Shown: piece by piece, positions 50,813 through 60,791 of the stretch | How positions within the stretch are numbered: position 1 is the first letter of the stretch | How the letters are laid out: each line of letters starts with the position of its first letter | Assembly: GCA_038147085.1 (NCBI GenBank) | Contig: JAYQSV010000001.1 | Span: forward strand, 608,841 to 672,840 | From: Candidatus Actinomarina sp. | GTDB lineage: Bacteria; Actinomycetota; Acidimicrobiia; Actinomarinales; Actinomarinaceae | Reading direction: 5' to 3' | DNA length: 64,000 bases | Notes under the pieces: model-generated | What the model was told of the DNA's origin: nothing | The model's input: only the letters and a program-made list of their open reading frames with translations | The model's database searches: none | Made by a program: the position numbers and the translations under genes

Positions 50813-52269
50813 TGTTTTGATTTTTCTATAGCTTTATTCCATTTTTTGATATATTTGTCTCTCAACTGCTGATTCATATTGGGATTCCATGCTGTACTGT
50901 TAGATACAACTTTCGACATAGTGGATAAAGGTAAATTGTTTTGAAATATGTAGCTAGCTGCAGCTACACCTAATGCAGTAATTTCTTGTACTTTTTGTGA
51001 AGAAACTACTCTATCAAAAATATCTGATTGAAATTGCATAAGTAAATTGTTATTTATCATACCCCCATCAACTTTAACAACTTCAAAACGTTCTCCTGTA
51101 TCTCTTTCCATGGAAATTAGTAGTTCATATGATTGATAAGCTACAGACTCTAAAACAGCTCTAGCTACATGAGATTTATTACTAAATCTTGTTAAACCGA
51201 CCAATACACCTCTTGCTGTAGGATCCCAATGAGGTGAAAATAAACCAGAGAACGCAGGAACAAAGTAAACATCACCATTGTCTTTTACTTTCATAGCTAA
51301 AGACTCAATTTCAGAACTTTCATTAATGATATTTAAATTATCTCTTAACCATTGAACAGCTGCACCTGCAATAGACACGGAGCCTTCAATTGCGTACTGT
51401 ATAGGTTGATCTTCTATCTGATATGCAATAGTAGTTAATAAACCATTGTTTGAGTAGATTATATCTTCTCCAGTATTGCTTAATGCAAAACAACCTGTTC
51501 CATATGTATTTTTTATTTCACCTTTTGATAAACAATTATGACCAAACAGTGAAGCTTGTTGATCGCCTAAAACTGCAGTAATAGGTACATTCTTTAATAT
51601 TTGATTATTAGTACCGAAGTTTGATAGTGAAGGTTTTATTTTTGGTAACGAAGTTATTGGAATATCTAAAGTTTCAAGTATTTTCTCAGACCATTTACCT
51701 GTTTCTATATTTAATAATAGAGTTCTACTTGCATTTGTGACATCTGTTAAGTGTTCACCAGTAAGTTTAAATATTAACCAACTATCAATAGTTCCAAAAC
51801 AAACATTGTTTATTTCTAAATTCTTTTCTACTTCTGGAACATTTCTAATTAACCAAAGAATTTTAGATAAAGAAAAATATGTAGCTATAGGTAGTCCTGT
51901 TTTATTAAACTCTTGGGTTAAATTTTTATTACTCGATAATTCATCACAGATAGATTGAGTTCTTGTATCTTGCCAAACTAAAGCGTTATATAAAGGCTCT
52001 CCTGTTAATTTATTCCATGCAACTGTAGTTTCACGTTGATTAGTTATTCCTATACTCGTAAGTTGTTCAATATTGAATTTAGAATCTACAACTTTGATAC
52101 AAGTTTTAACTGATTCCCATATTTCATTAGCGTTATGTTCAACAGAGTGCTCATCAGGAAGTATTTGCATATGTTCTTGTTGGTGTTGTTCAACTATTTC
52201 ACCATTTTCATTAAAAACTATAAACCTAGAACTAGTTGTTCCTTGATCTATAGCACCAAAATATTTCAT
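50803..52269 (-). CDS. glpK: Glycerol kinase
   Basis: AIDQGTTSSR, GITNQRET, TDVTNASRT, GDQQA and KNTYGTGCF. Confidence 0.97.
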   Translation of the reverse strand: MKYFGAIDQGTTSSRFIVFNENGEIVEQHQQEHMQILPDEHSVEHNANEIWESVKTCIKVVDSKFNIEQLTSIGITNQRETTVAWNKLTGEPLYNALVWQDTRTQSICDELSSNKNLTQEFNKTGLPIATYFSLSKILWLIRNVPEVEKNLEINNVCFGTIDSWLIFKLTGEHLTDVTNASRTLLLNIETGKWSEKILETLDIPITSLPKIKPSLSNFGTNNQILKNVPITAVLGDQQASLFGHNCLSKGEIKNTYGTGCFALSNTGEDIIYSNNGLLTTIAYQIEDQPIQYAIEGSVSIAGAAVQWLRDNLNIINESSEIESLAMKVKDNGDVYFVPAFSGLFSPHWDPTARGVLVGLTRFSNKSHVARAVLESVAYQSYELLISMERDTGERFEVVKVDGGMINNNLLMQFQSDIFDRVVSSQKVQEITALGVAAASYIFQNNLPLSTMSKVVSNSTAWNPNMNQQLRDKYIKKWNKAIEKSKQWT

Positions 52270-52290
52270 ATGTATATCTTAAAAATAAAT

Positions 52291-52815
52291 CTAAGAATAA
52301 GCAGTTATAGATAATGTTTTTACTTGATTGGAAGTGGATTTATTTGTTGGAATTACTAATAAGTAATTAATATTTATGTGCTCTTCGAAAATAATAGTTA
52401 TCACTTCCTCAGAACAGTCAAAATTATTTGAGTAAACATTTAATGGAAACTGTTCATAATTTCTTGTTGGTTCTATTGCAGAAGATTTACTGACAATATT
52501 TAAACTACTTGAAGTTTTAATATCTTGAAGTCTAATGCGTACAAGATTTGAACTATTTCTTAAAGTACCATAAACATAAATTTCACCTGTTGAACATATG
52601 TTCTCTTGACTTGAAATGTATATATCTTTAATAGTTAAATCTAGTTCTATAACGTTAAGAATGTTGAGTTCTATTTTTGAATCAGTATTTTCTTTTATTG
52701 AAAACACTCCTAGATTTATCGAATCTAATTGCTTATATTGAAAAATAAATAAAGTAGCAAAAAATACGATGACGATTAAATAAAAGAAAAAATATTTTGG
52801 ACCTTTATATCGCAC
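52291..52815 (-). CDS. Hypothetical membrane-anchored protein
   Basis: N-terminal TM; the GTG start overlaps the upstream stop. Confidence 0.6.
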   Translation of the reverse strand: MRYKGPKYFFFYLIVIVFFATLFIFQYKQLDSINLGVFSIKENTDSKIELNILNVIELDLTIKDIYISSQENICSTGEIYVYGTLRNSSNLVRIRLQDIKTSSSLNIVSKSSAIEPTRNYEQFPLNVYSNNFDCSEEVITIIFEEHININYLLVIPTNKSTSNQVKTLSITAYS

Positions 52816-53075
52816 TATATCCCGTTAAGTGCTCCGAATGGACCAATAATTGTTCCAACGATAAAACCGTATGTAAACCCATACATTAAACCTAATTTAA
52901 AAAATTTAACTGTCTCTTTGTTAAATTTTTCTTTTCCATCTTGATTAAATCTGTATTTGTACCTGTAATTTCTTGAAGACATATGTCTTAAAATAGGATA
53001 AAAATAAAATAATGTTCCAATACCAATTCCAGAAAATAAACCCTGAACGATTCTAGATAAAACAACATCTAACAT
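52815..53075 (-). CDS. Hypothetical small membrane protein
   Basis: Two Gly-rich TMs; TAGATT-N6-ATG upstream. Confidence 0.65.
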   Translation of the reverse strand: MLDVVLSRIVQGLFSGIGIGTLFYFYPILRHMSSRNYRYKYRFNQDGKEKFNKETVKFFKLGLMYGFTYGFIVGTIIGPFGALNGI

Positions 53076-53134
53076 TTTCTAAATCTAATATTGTTAATGA
53101 ATAAATACTAATAAAATGAATTGATTTTAGAAAA

Positions 53135-53887
53135 ATGGAATATATTTACGAGCAAAACACTGTTTATTTAATACTTTTTGTTGTTGCATTTTTTGCATCT
53201 TTGATAGATTCTATTGCAGGAGGAGGTGGATTACTAACTACGCCATCAATGCTTTTAGTTGGAATACAACCTCTTAATGTATTAGCAACTAATAAATTCC
53301 AATCTTGTTTTGGAACATTTACATCAACTTACAACTATTTTAAAAACGGATTACTTGTTGATGAGAAAAGAAAATTTTATTTTGTTTTATCTTTTTTAGG
53401 ATCAGGTTTAGGAACTTTATTAGTAAGCAGAATATCTAATGAAACTTTAGAATCAATAATTCCAATTTTATTAATAGGTGCTGCAATATTTTTTATTACC
53501 AATAAAGGACCCAAAAACGCTAATGCAAATAGTAAATTGCTTATTGTATTTAATTTAATAGTCTTTGGAATTGGTTTTTATGATGGATTTTTCGGACCTG
53601 GTACTGGTTCATTTTTTGTTCTTAGTTTTGTAATAATCAAAGGCGTAAATATTATGCAAGCTACTGCAGTAACTAAACTATTAAACTTCGCTTCTAATTT
53701 TGCAGCTTTCATTGTTTTTGCAATTCAAGGTTACGTTATATGGTCTCTTGGTCTAACTATGGCTGTTGCACAAATTGCAGGAGCTTATACTGGTTCAAAA
53801 TTCGCAATAAAAAATGGTGAAAAGCTAGTACGTCCAGTATTAGTCGTAGTGTCTATATTGTTATCAATTAGAATTTTATTCTCTTAA
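53135..53887 (+). CDS. TSUP (TauE/SafE, YfcA-like) transporter
   Basis: IDSIAGGGGL, ATNKFQS and GFYDGFFGPGTGSF. Confidence 0.93.
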   Translation: MEYIYEQNTVYLILFVVAFFASLIDSIAGGGGLLTTPSMLLVGIQPLNVLATNKFQSCFGTFTSTYNYFKNGLLVDEKRKFYFVLSFLGSGLGTLLVSRISNETLESIIPILLIGAAIFFITNKGPKNANANSKLLIVFNLIVFGIGFYDGFFGPGTGSFFVLSFVIIKGVNIMQATAVTKLLNFASNFAAFIVFAIQGYVIWSLGLTMAVAQIAGAYTGSKFAIKNGEKLVRPVLVVVSILLSIRILFS

Positions 53888-54207
53888 ATACGAGAAAGAA
53901 CTTCACCATCTTTATTTTTAAATTTTCCTACGATTATTAAAATTAAGTCAATAAAAGTCCAAATACCTAAACCACCTAAGGTGAACACCATTAAAAGTCC
54001 TGTTCCAATTTTTCCAACATAAAATCGGTGTGCTCCAATTACTCCTATAAAAAAACATAATAACAAAGCAACAAGCCAATCCTGTTGTGATGAAGAAATA
54101 GAATTAGAATTTAGCAATTTATCTTTTTGTTTATCGAACTCTTCTTGCGTTAAAACACCATCACGCAAAAGATCGTTTAATTTTTTAATTTCATCAGCTG
54201 TACTCAT
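53884..54207 (-). CDS. SHOCT + TM2 domain protein
   Basis: ADEIKKLNDLLRDGVLTQEEF (SHOCT) and LLCFFIGVIGAHRFYVGKIGTG (TM2). Confidence 0.88.
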   Translation of the reverse strand: MSTADEIKKLNDLLRDGVLTQEEFDKQKDKLLNSNSISSSQQDWLVALLLCFFIGVIGAHRFYVGKIGTGLLMVFTLGGLGIWTFIDLILIIVGKFKNKDGEVLSRI

Positions 54208-54224
54208 AAAATACACTCTACCAT

Positions 54225-54253
54225 AAAAAAAACCGGTAGATTAACTACCGGTT
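54225..54253 (-). terminator. Intrinsic terminator after cspA
   Basis: AACCGGTAG-TTAAT-CTACCGGTT followed by a T tract. Confidence 0.85.
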
Positions 54254-54272
54254 CAAAACTAAGCGGTTTATC

Positions 54273-54470
54273 TTATTTAAGATTTTCTGCTGATGTTTTT
54301 CCATTGTTTTCTTTTAACTCAAACTCAAGTTCTTGACCTTCTGCAAGATCTTGCATACCAGCACTTTTTACTGCTGATATGTGAACAAAAACATCTTTAC
54401 CGCCATCATTAGGTTCAATAAATCCATATCCTTTTGTTGAGTTAAACCATTTAACTTTGCCTTTCGGCAT
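54273..54470 (-). CDS. cspA: Cold-shock protein
   Basis: GKVKWFN..KGYGFI and [11 protein letters not shown] at 54470 with AAGGAG SD; -10 TATAGT at 54511-54516. Confidence 0.96.
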   Translation of the reverse strand: MPKGKVKWFNSTKGYGFIEPNDGGKDVFVHISAVKSAGMQDLAEGQELEFELKENNGKTSAENLK

Positions 54471-54542
54471 ATGTCTCCTTGTTTGACTTGTCTTTTGCAA
54501 GACAGAAATAACTATACAGTATTTTGAATCTTTAATGGTAAT

Positions 54543-55487
54543 TTATAACAAATTTATGGCTTCACGAATTACTTGTACAGTCTCATCTCTTTTTTCAGGT
54601 TCTAAACTTAATAGTTGAAGATAGACTCCATCAATTCCAACTTCATTCCACATTGATAATGTTTCTGCTACCTGTTCTGGAGTTCCATAGAGATAACTTC
54701 TCTCTTGCCAGTTTTTTGCAATTTCATCTTCTGGTTGAATTAAAGCTTTTGCAGCAGTTATTAAAGAGTCATCGACACTTTCTTTAGTAAGTCCAACAAC
54801 AGGAGGACATGCTGTAGTTATCTGAATTGAGTTTTTATCTCTACCCTCTTGTTCTGCAACTGAATAACAAAGTTCTATACCACTTTGTAAATTATCTTTT
54901 GGACCAGCATAAATATTAAATTCCTCTGAATACTTTCCTGCAAGTGTTGGAGTTTTTACTTTTCCACCACCTCCAATAATTATTGGAACTTGATCTAAAC
55001 AAGCTGGTTCTACTGGAAATTTTTCTAGCTGATAATATTTACCTTTAAATCCATTACTGTTTCCTGAAAGTGCTTCTCTGATATAAATTAAAGATTCTTC
55101 AAGCATTTCAAATCTTGTTTTAAGGTCTGGAAAATCTATTCCATATAGTTCATGTTCAATCTCTAACCAACCAGTACCAACACCAAGTCGAAAACGATCA
55201 GGACCCATTTCGTTAATAGTTGCAGCCATCTTTACTAAAACACTTGGATGTCTAAAGGTAATTGGAGATACCAATATGGAATAAATCATTGAATCTGTAT
55301 CTCTTACTAAACCTGCAGCTGCTGTGAGTAAATCTAATGCTGGTGCTGCATCATCTTTGTTAGCTCTTTGTTTTCCAACAATATAGTGATCTGGAAGACC
55401 AATTCTTTCAATATCATTATTTTCACACCATTTTGATAAATCTAAGAGTGTTTGATAGCTTCCTCTAGCTTGTAAGTAAATTTTCAT
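54543..55487 (-). CDS. LLM-class (probably F420-dependent) oxidoreductase
   Basis: PDHY, VSPITFRHP, GVGTGW..EH and IIGGGG..KTP. Confidence 0.9.
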   Translation of the reverse strand: MKIYLQARGSYQTLLDLSKWCENNDIERIGLPDHYIVGKQRANKDDAAPALDLLTAAAGLVRDTDSMIYSILVSPITFRHPSVLVKMAATINEMGPDRFRLGVGTGWLEIEHELYGIDFPDLKTRFEMLEESLIYIREALSGNSNGFKGKYYQLEKFPVEPACLDQVPIIIGGGGKVKTPTLAGKYSEEFNIYAGPKDNLQSGIELCYSVAEQEGRDKNSIQITTACPPVVGLTKESVDDSLITAAKALIQPEDEIAKNWQERSYLYGTPEQVAETLSMWNEVGIDGVYLQLLSLEPEKRDETVQVIREAINLL

Positions 55488-55717
55488 TATGCTGATTTCT
55501 TTTTACTTTTTTGTTCTTCTTCTTCATAAAATCTTCTTGTAAGTGTAGCAAGTTCATTCGCATCAATATCAAAATCTCTACAAAAATTTTTAACAGCTAT
55601 ATATGCTGCATTTTCTTCTCTATAAGGTACATCTTTAAAATATATTTGATTAAAACTTTTTAAAAATTCATTTATATCTTTAAAACTTATTGCGTCATCA
55701 TCATCTAATTTTTCCAT
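55487..55717 (-). CDS. Hypothetical protein (5' end uncertain)
   Basis: 76-aa charged ORF whose stop overlaps the LLM start (TAATG). Confidence 0.55.
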   Translation of the reverse strand: MEKLDDDDAISFKDINEFLKSFNQIYFKDVPYREENAAYIAVKNFCRDFDIDANELATLTRRFYEEEEQKSKKKSA

Positions 55718-55859
55718 TGCTTTATCTAAAACTCGGTTGTACTACTATTGCATATTTTGGTACATATGTGTCGAATAGTTGATTTTTTCTATAGTTTATT
55801 TCAGCAAGTAGTAAACCTACAAATGTTTTTAAAACTTAAAATAACCTTCTACTATATTA

Positions 55860-57330
55860 AAATTTTGTTCAGATTTGAATAATCTGTTATTTATCAAATC
55901 TCTATTGTTAATATAGTAAAATTGATCATTCTTATGATTTGTTGTAAATAAAATATTTCTTTTTTTAAGAAGTCCTTGTTGCCGATTTTAAAAGTCCCAA
56001 TAGTCGTTTATAAGCTTTTAGTAATCAAAACCAGCTCAAAATTATGGTCTAACAGTTTCAGCAAAGGTCATCTTTTAGTCTTTTAGAATTAAAATCATTA
56101 TTTTCAACTTCTGTAAAAGTTTAAATCATTTAGGTTTTCAACATAATCCAAGCCGGCCTGTATTCTTGAATCAATCTTGAAATCATCAAGTAATGTTATG
56201 CTGAATGACCATATTTGAAAAGATAAAATCAAAATAATCAGAATATTGCTGAATCTTGGTTTAATAATTTTTAAATTACTACTAATTCCTACGGTTAGTA
56301 ACAGTAACACAAAAGGTATTAAAAAGTTTATATTTCTATTAACAAGTGTGCCATAACTCCCAAAATACAGACTTAAAATTAAAGGAACACCAATAAATAA
56401 GTAAGCTAAAAACCAACTCTTATCGTTAATAAGCTTAATTATTGCGATTATTAAAAAGGGGGCTGAAAAAATTGAAAATGGAACTAAAAATAAGAAGACA
56501 AATGGATAAGGAAACCTTCTAAATCTAAACTTGACTGACCATAATTTATTAAGTTTGCATTAAAATCATAAAGAAATTTTTCAAAGTTCAGAAAAATACT
56601 AAAATTTAATAAAGAAAAAAAGAAAAAAGCAAATAAAATATACTTGCTCACTAAATAGAAACGGTTTAATGAGTTTTTAAATTCTAAAGAATTAAAGAAT
56701 ACATAAGCTAAGCAAAGGGAATTTTATTTGTAATTACAATAAACCACTGTATTAGGTTTTGGCAAAGAAAAATAAATGCAATTATTAAAAAATATAAATC
56801 CATACTTAATTTTTTTTTGTCTGTATATTTTTAAAATAAGGTAGATAACTATAGAGGAAAAAAATATTTGGTAGTGATCTGGATACCAAATTCTACTCTG
56901 TGAAAAAAAATATCCTGAAAGAGAAAAAATTGATAAAAAGTGTTCTTTATAATTGTATTTTTTTGTATACAAATTTCCCTCAATTGCCAAATCAATAAAT
57001 GATTGATTATGAACTCCTGTAAAATGTTCCCTTTTCCAAAAAGAATTGGTCAGAATTAATTTGAACCTGTGACTGTAAAGATTGTAAAAATCTTAAAAGG
57101 ATTCTACTAATATAGAAAATCCTGCCTAAATGATTTTGTAGGTAAAACAACCAACATACAGTATTTTTCTCCAAAAAATAGATTGGGATCACAAATGAAA
57201 AACTTTTATTATTCTTTTTAAACTTGATTCTTTTACATTAAAAAAATAACTGGTATGAAATTTTGGAAAACCAATTCAATTTAGTTCTGAAGTGTTTTAC
57301 AAAATAAAGATTTAACTTAAACAAATCAGA
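55860..57330 (-). pseudogene. Fragmented multi-TM membrane protein gene (ArnT/PMT-like glycosyltransferase remnant?)
   Basis: Several short hydrophobic minus-strand fragments in different frames, e.g. SQSRIWYPDHYQIFF and DSRIQAG. Boundaries are approximate. Confidence 0.45.
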
Positions 57331-57397
57331 TTTGAGATATTAAGTTGGTATTTATTAAAAAATTATTTAGAAATATTATTTATTAATATAAAAATTA

Positions 57398-57760
57398 ATG
57401 AAAAACTATTTTTATATCATAATCTTTTTTATAAGCTGCACAGGTAGTTCGTATGAAACATTAGACCAATCTACAGCTTATAAAGAGCTAATGACTGACA
57501 GCAGTATTAATTTAATTGATGTAAGAGAACCATCAGAATTTGCTACAGGATATATTTTCGGTGCTCAATTAGTTCCATTAAATACAATCGAAAGCTCAAT
57601 ACAAAATATGATTACAAATAAAGATACAAAAATATTTGTATATTGTCGAAGTGGAAATAGGAGTGCTCAAGCAGCACAAATTCTTGTAGATTTAGGTTAT
57701 ACAAATGTTTTTGACATTGGTGGAATTATCGACTGGGAGTATGGAATAGTAAATAATTAA
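57398..57760 (+). CDS. Rhodanese-like lipoprotein
   Basis: FISC lipobox, LIDVRE..EF and YCRSGNRS active-site loop. Confidence 0.93.
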   Translation: MKNYFYIIIFFISCTGSSYETLDQSTAYKELMTDSSINLIDVREPSEFATGYIFGAQLVPLNTIESSIQNMITNKDTKIFVYCRSGNRSAQAAQILVDLGYTNVFDIGGIIDWEYGIVNN

Positions 57761-57825
57761 TTTTTATTTCTATGACAACAATACTTAATACTTAAGTTAT
57801 TCTTTCAAAATTAATAATAGAACTT

Positions 57826-57900
57826 TAAAGATAAGAGGGTTCCCATCCTGGAGAAACCCCTTATCCAGTTGACTATTTAAATTCCTCAAAAGAAATAGCC
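57826..57900 (-). ncRNA. Candidate two-hairpin small RNA or structured terminator region
   Basis: Hairpins at 57871-57900 and 57830-57865; TACTAT lies 6 nt upstream. Confidence 0.35.
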
Positions 57901-57946
57901 TCTGTAATAGTAATTAAAAATTTATTGTATTTATGAAAAATTTAAT

Positions 57947-59872
57947 TTAAACCGATGAGATTACAATATTTTTTATTCTCTCATAGCTTTCAGATGTTCC
58001 AAAAAAAGTAAGAATATCACCTGATTGTAAAACAAGTGATCCATTAGCTATAAGTTCTTCATTTTCTCTAGAAACAGAAACTAAAACAGATTGACTTGGT
58101 AATTTAATACTTGCTAATTGCTTATTTTTAATTGGAGAATTAGAAGGAACTGAAACTTCGAAAAATTTATTTGATGATGTTTTTAATTTTCTAGAGTTTA
58201 CAGTTTCTATGTTTGTTAATAGATATGCTGAAGAGACATGTGATTTTGAAAAAATAGCAACAAAATCATCATTTGAAGAAAATACAGGTACTCTATCGTA
58301 ACCAAATTTAACCATTTGAGATACTACGTCCGATACAGAATCTTCTTCATAAACTTTAAAAGGAATAGTTATTAAATATTCATGCAGTGTTGAAGATTGT
58401 TCACCAGATTGTAAAGAACGAAGCGATACCATTCCTTTATAAGTGCCTTCATCAATTACAGCTGTTCCTAATATTTTTAAACTTTGTAATGTTTTAATTG
58501 CATCTGAACTTGAAATGTCAATGTTAAGAGTATCGATATTATAAGCAGCTACTTGTTTAACCATTACACTCTCCAATACATCAACAGTTTGAAATGATTT
58601 TATTTGTTTACCTTTTTGAAGAATTGGCCATTCGTACATACCGTATTTAACTACTCTTTCTGAAACAATGGTTGAAATAATAGCTCCAAACATAAGTGGA
58701 ACAACTAAACCATAATCACCAGTAATTTCAAAAACCATAATGATTGAAGTCATAGGTGCTCGAGATATTCCAGCAAACAAAGATGCCATGCCGACTATTG
58801 CTAATGCACCTGGAGTAATAGATGAAAACATTGATGTGGTAGAAAAAATATTATGCATAATTGAGCCAAGTAGAGCTCCAATTAATAGAGATGGCATCAT
58901 TGCACCAACAGATAGATTAGATCCTATTGATAATGTCGTAAGTAAGAATCTTGAGATCAAAAGAATTGTTAGAGTAATCAGAGTATATGTTAAAGCATCT
59001 CCGTTGATGAGATTACTTAACAACACTTCTCCTGTACCAAAACTTTCTGGAATAAAGTAAATACTTATTGCAAAAACAAGACCTAATAATATTGAATAAT
59101 ATGGTTTTACAATTTGTTGTTTAAAGAACTTTGAACTTTGTGAAGTTAATTGAATAAAAAAACCTGCAAGAAGACCTGAAAATATTGCTAAAAGCATGTA
59201 TCCAACTAACTCAACTGCTTGACCTAATTGATATTCTGGTGCAGTTAAAATATCTACATTGAATCCAAAATTTTTAGCAACAACAGCTGCAGATACTGAA
59301 GATACAACAACTACACTTAAATGCTTGATAGATAGCTGTTTAAAAATTACTTCCATTGCAAACAATATTCCAGCAAGTGGTGCGTTAAAACTAGCTCCAA
59401 TTGCTGCACTAACTCCAGCTCCTGTAAATGATTTACGTTCATCTTCAGTTAAATTAAATAGTTTAGAAATTTTAGAACCAATAGATCCTCCAATATGCAC
59501 TAAAGGACCCTCTTTTCCTCCAGGAACTCCAACACCAAGTAGTAATGATGTAACAAAAGTTTTAACTAAAGATACTCTCCCCTTTAGATTTGCATCTTCA
59601 ATATTGACTAATTCAATGACTTCAGAAGTTCCATCTCCTTTTGCTTCAGGAAACCTCTTAAGTAATAAATTTGAAAGTACTAGAGCAAAAGGTATAGCTA
59701 AAAATAATAATTTTGAATCTAATGAAAAAGTTATTTCTTCCCAAAAAATTGTGAGATTATCTAAAGCAATAACAAATACACCAACTGTTAATCCAATGAA
59801 TAATGCAATTAAAATTAAAGAAATCTGAGGCGGTATGAGAGAAAAATATTTTTTAATTTTATTAATCATCAA
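57947..59872 (-). CDS. ClC chloride channel/antiporter family protein with CBS and TrkA-C domains
   Basis: GKEGP, FNAPLAG.LFAME, APMTS..MVFEIT and a C-terminal RCK_C pattern. Confidence 0.93.
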   Translation of the reverse strand: MMINKIKKYFSLIPPQISLILIALFIGLTVGVFVIALDNLTIFWEEITFSLDSKLLFLAIPFALVLSNLLLKRFPEAKGDGTSEVIELVNIEDANLKGRVSLVKTFVTSLLLGVGVPGGKEGPLVHIGGSIGSKISKLFNLTEDERKSFTGAGVSAAIGASFNAPLAGILFAMEVIFKQLSIKHLSVVVVSSVSAAVVAKNFGFNVDILTAPEYQLGQAVELVGYMLLAIFSGLLAGFFIQLTSQSSKFFKQQIVKPYYSILLGLVFAISIYFIPESFGTGEVLLSNLINGDALTYTLITLTILLISRFLLTTLSIGSNLSVGAMMPSLLIGALLGSIMHNIFSTTSMFSSITPGALAIVGMASLFAGISRAPMTSIIMVFEITGDYGLVVPLMFGAIISTIVSERVVKYGMYEWPILQKGKQIKSFQTVDVLESVMVKQVAAYNIDTLNIDISSSDAIKTLQSLKILGTAVIDEGTYKGMVSLRSLQSGEQSSTLHEYLITIPFKVYEEDSVSDVVSQMVKFGYDRVPVFSSNDDFVAIFSKSHVSSAYLLTNIETVNSRKLKTSSNKFFEVSVPSNSPIKNKQLASIKLPSQSVLVSVSRENEELIANGSLVLQSGDILTFFGTSESYERIKNIVISSV

Positions 59873-59912
59873 GAAAAGAATAACCTCAAAAACTTCTTAA
59901 TCGTCAATAAAT

Positions 59913-60095
59913 CTATTTGTAAAATATGCCATATATAAATACAACTAAATAAATTGTCACAGCTATCCAACCTCCAATTTTGAATATTTTTTTATTTGGA
60001 TAACCAAATTGTCCACAGTTTAAACAGTTTTTTAATAAGGATGAAGGTAAGAATTGCAACCAAATTTCATCAGTTATGCAATATTTACATCTCAC
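59913..60095 (-). CDS. Possible small Zn-ribbon membrane protein
   Basis: CKYC-x17-CLNC followed by a C-terminal TM; fills the gap between ydeI-like and ClC genes on the same strand. Confidence 0.5.
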   Translation of the reverse strand: MRCKYCITDEIWLQFLPSSLLKNCLNCGQFGYPNKKIFKIGGWIAVTIYLVVFIYGIFYK

Positions 60096-60103
60096 GAAAA
60101 TGG

Positions 60104-60737
60104 TTACCTTTCGTTAAATCCCTTACCTTTAAATATATTTTCTTTAGACTTTTCAATTCTATTAACTTTTGTTTCACTCTGTTTTGCACCATTGAAATGT
60201 AATAGGTAACTTCTTTTCCTACCTGGTGTTAATCGATCGAATGCTTCAGCAAATTGTTTATCTTTACTGAACGCCAAAGTTAGTTCAGATGGAATTTCAT
60301 AATCTTCTAATTTTTTTAATGTTACTTTTTTACCAGAATCTTCAATTTCAATAGCTTCATTGATGTACTCAATTATTAATTTTTTGCTTTGTTTTGCCTC
60401 ATCTAAAGTTTCAAACTTTAAATATCTACTTGATTGTGAAGTTCTCAGTACGTTGAATTAATTTTTTATATGTATCTTTAAAAAGTTTACCTTTCATGAA
60501 TTCAATACTGACATAATCCTTAAACGCTGACAAAATGAAAATATTTTTACCCTTATATGTATAACAAGGTACATGCCACTTAATTTCCTCTACAGCATCT
60601 GTTTTGTTAATAGTGCTTCTAAGCTCTTTAAGAATTGTTGTCCAATTATGTACTTTGCAATCAGGTGTACTACCTTTTGGACATCTGCCACAACCAATTT
60701 CTAAATATTCAGATACAGTTACTGGATGTTTTGGCAT
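60104..60737 (-). CDS. YdeI/OmpD-associated (DUF1801) protein, one extra base ~60440
   Basis: The N-terminal ORF has EEIKWHVPCY. Manual translation continues EAFDRLTPGRKRSYLLHFNGAKQSETKVNRIEK...GKGFNER. Confidence 0.88.
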
Positions 60738-60791
60738 AGTAAGTTTGATACTAATTTAAAAAAATATTTTAATTCATTAGAATTAAAAAAA

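Noticed and set aside
54471-54500. N-terminal extension of CspA in the ORF track
   Set aside because: It covers the 5' UTR hairpin and SD; the Csp fold starts at ATG 54470.
57790-57905. Minus-strand coding remnant (EAISFEEFK...GVSPGWEPSYL)
   Set aside because: It has multiple in-frame stops and no start; base-pairing explains the composition better.
202-59828. Many plus-strand ORFs antisense to housekeeping genes (e.g. 27781..28284, 25744..26091, 58740..59060, 59259..59828)
   Set aside because: They are shadow frames fully overlapping well-identified genes and have no motifs.
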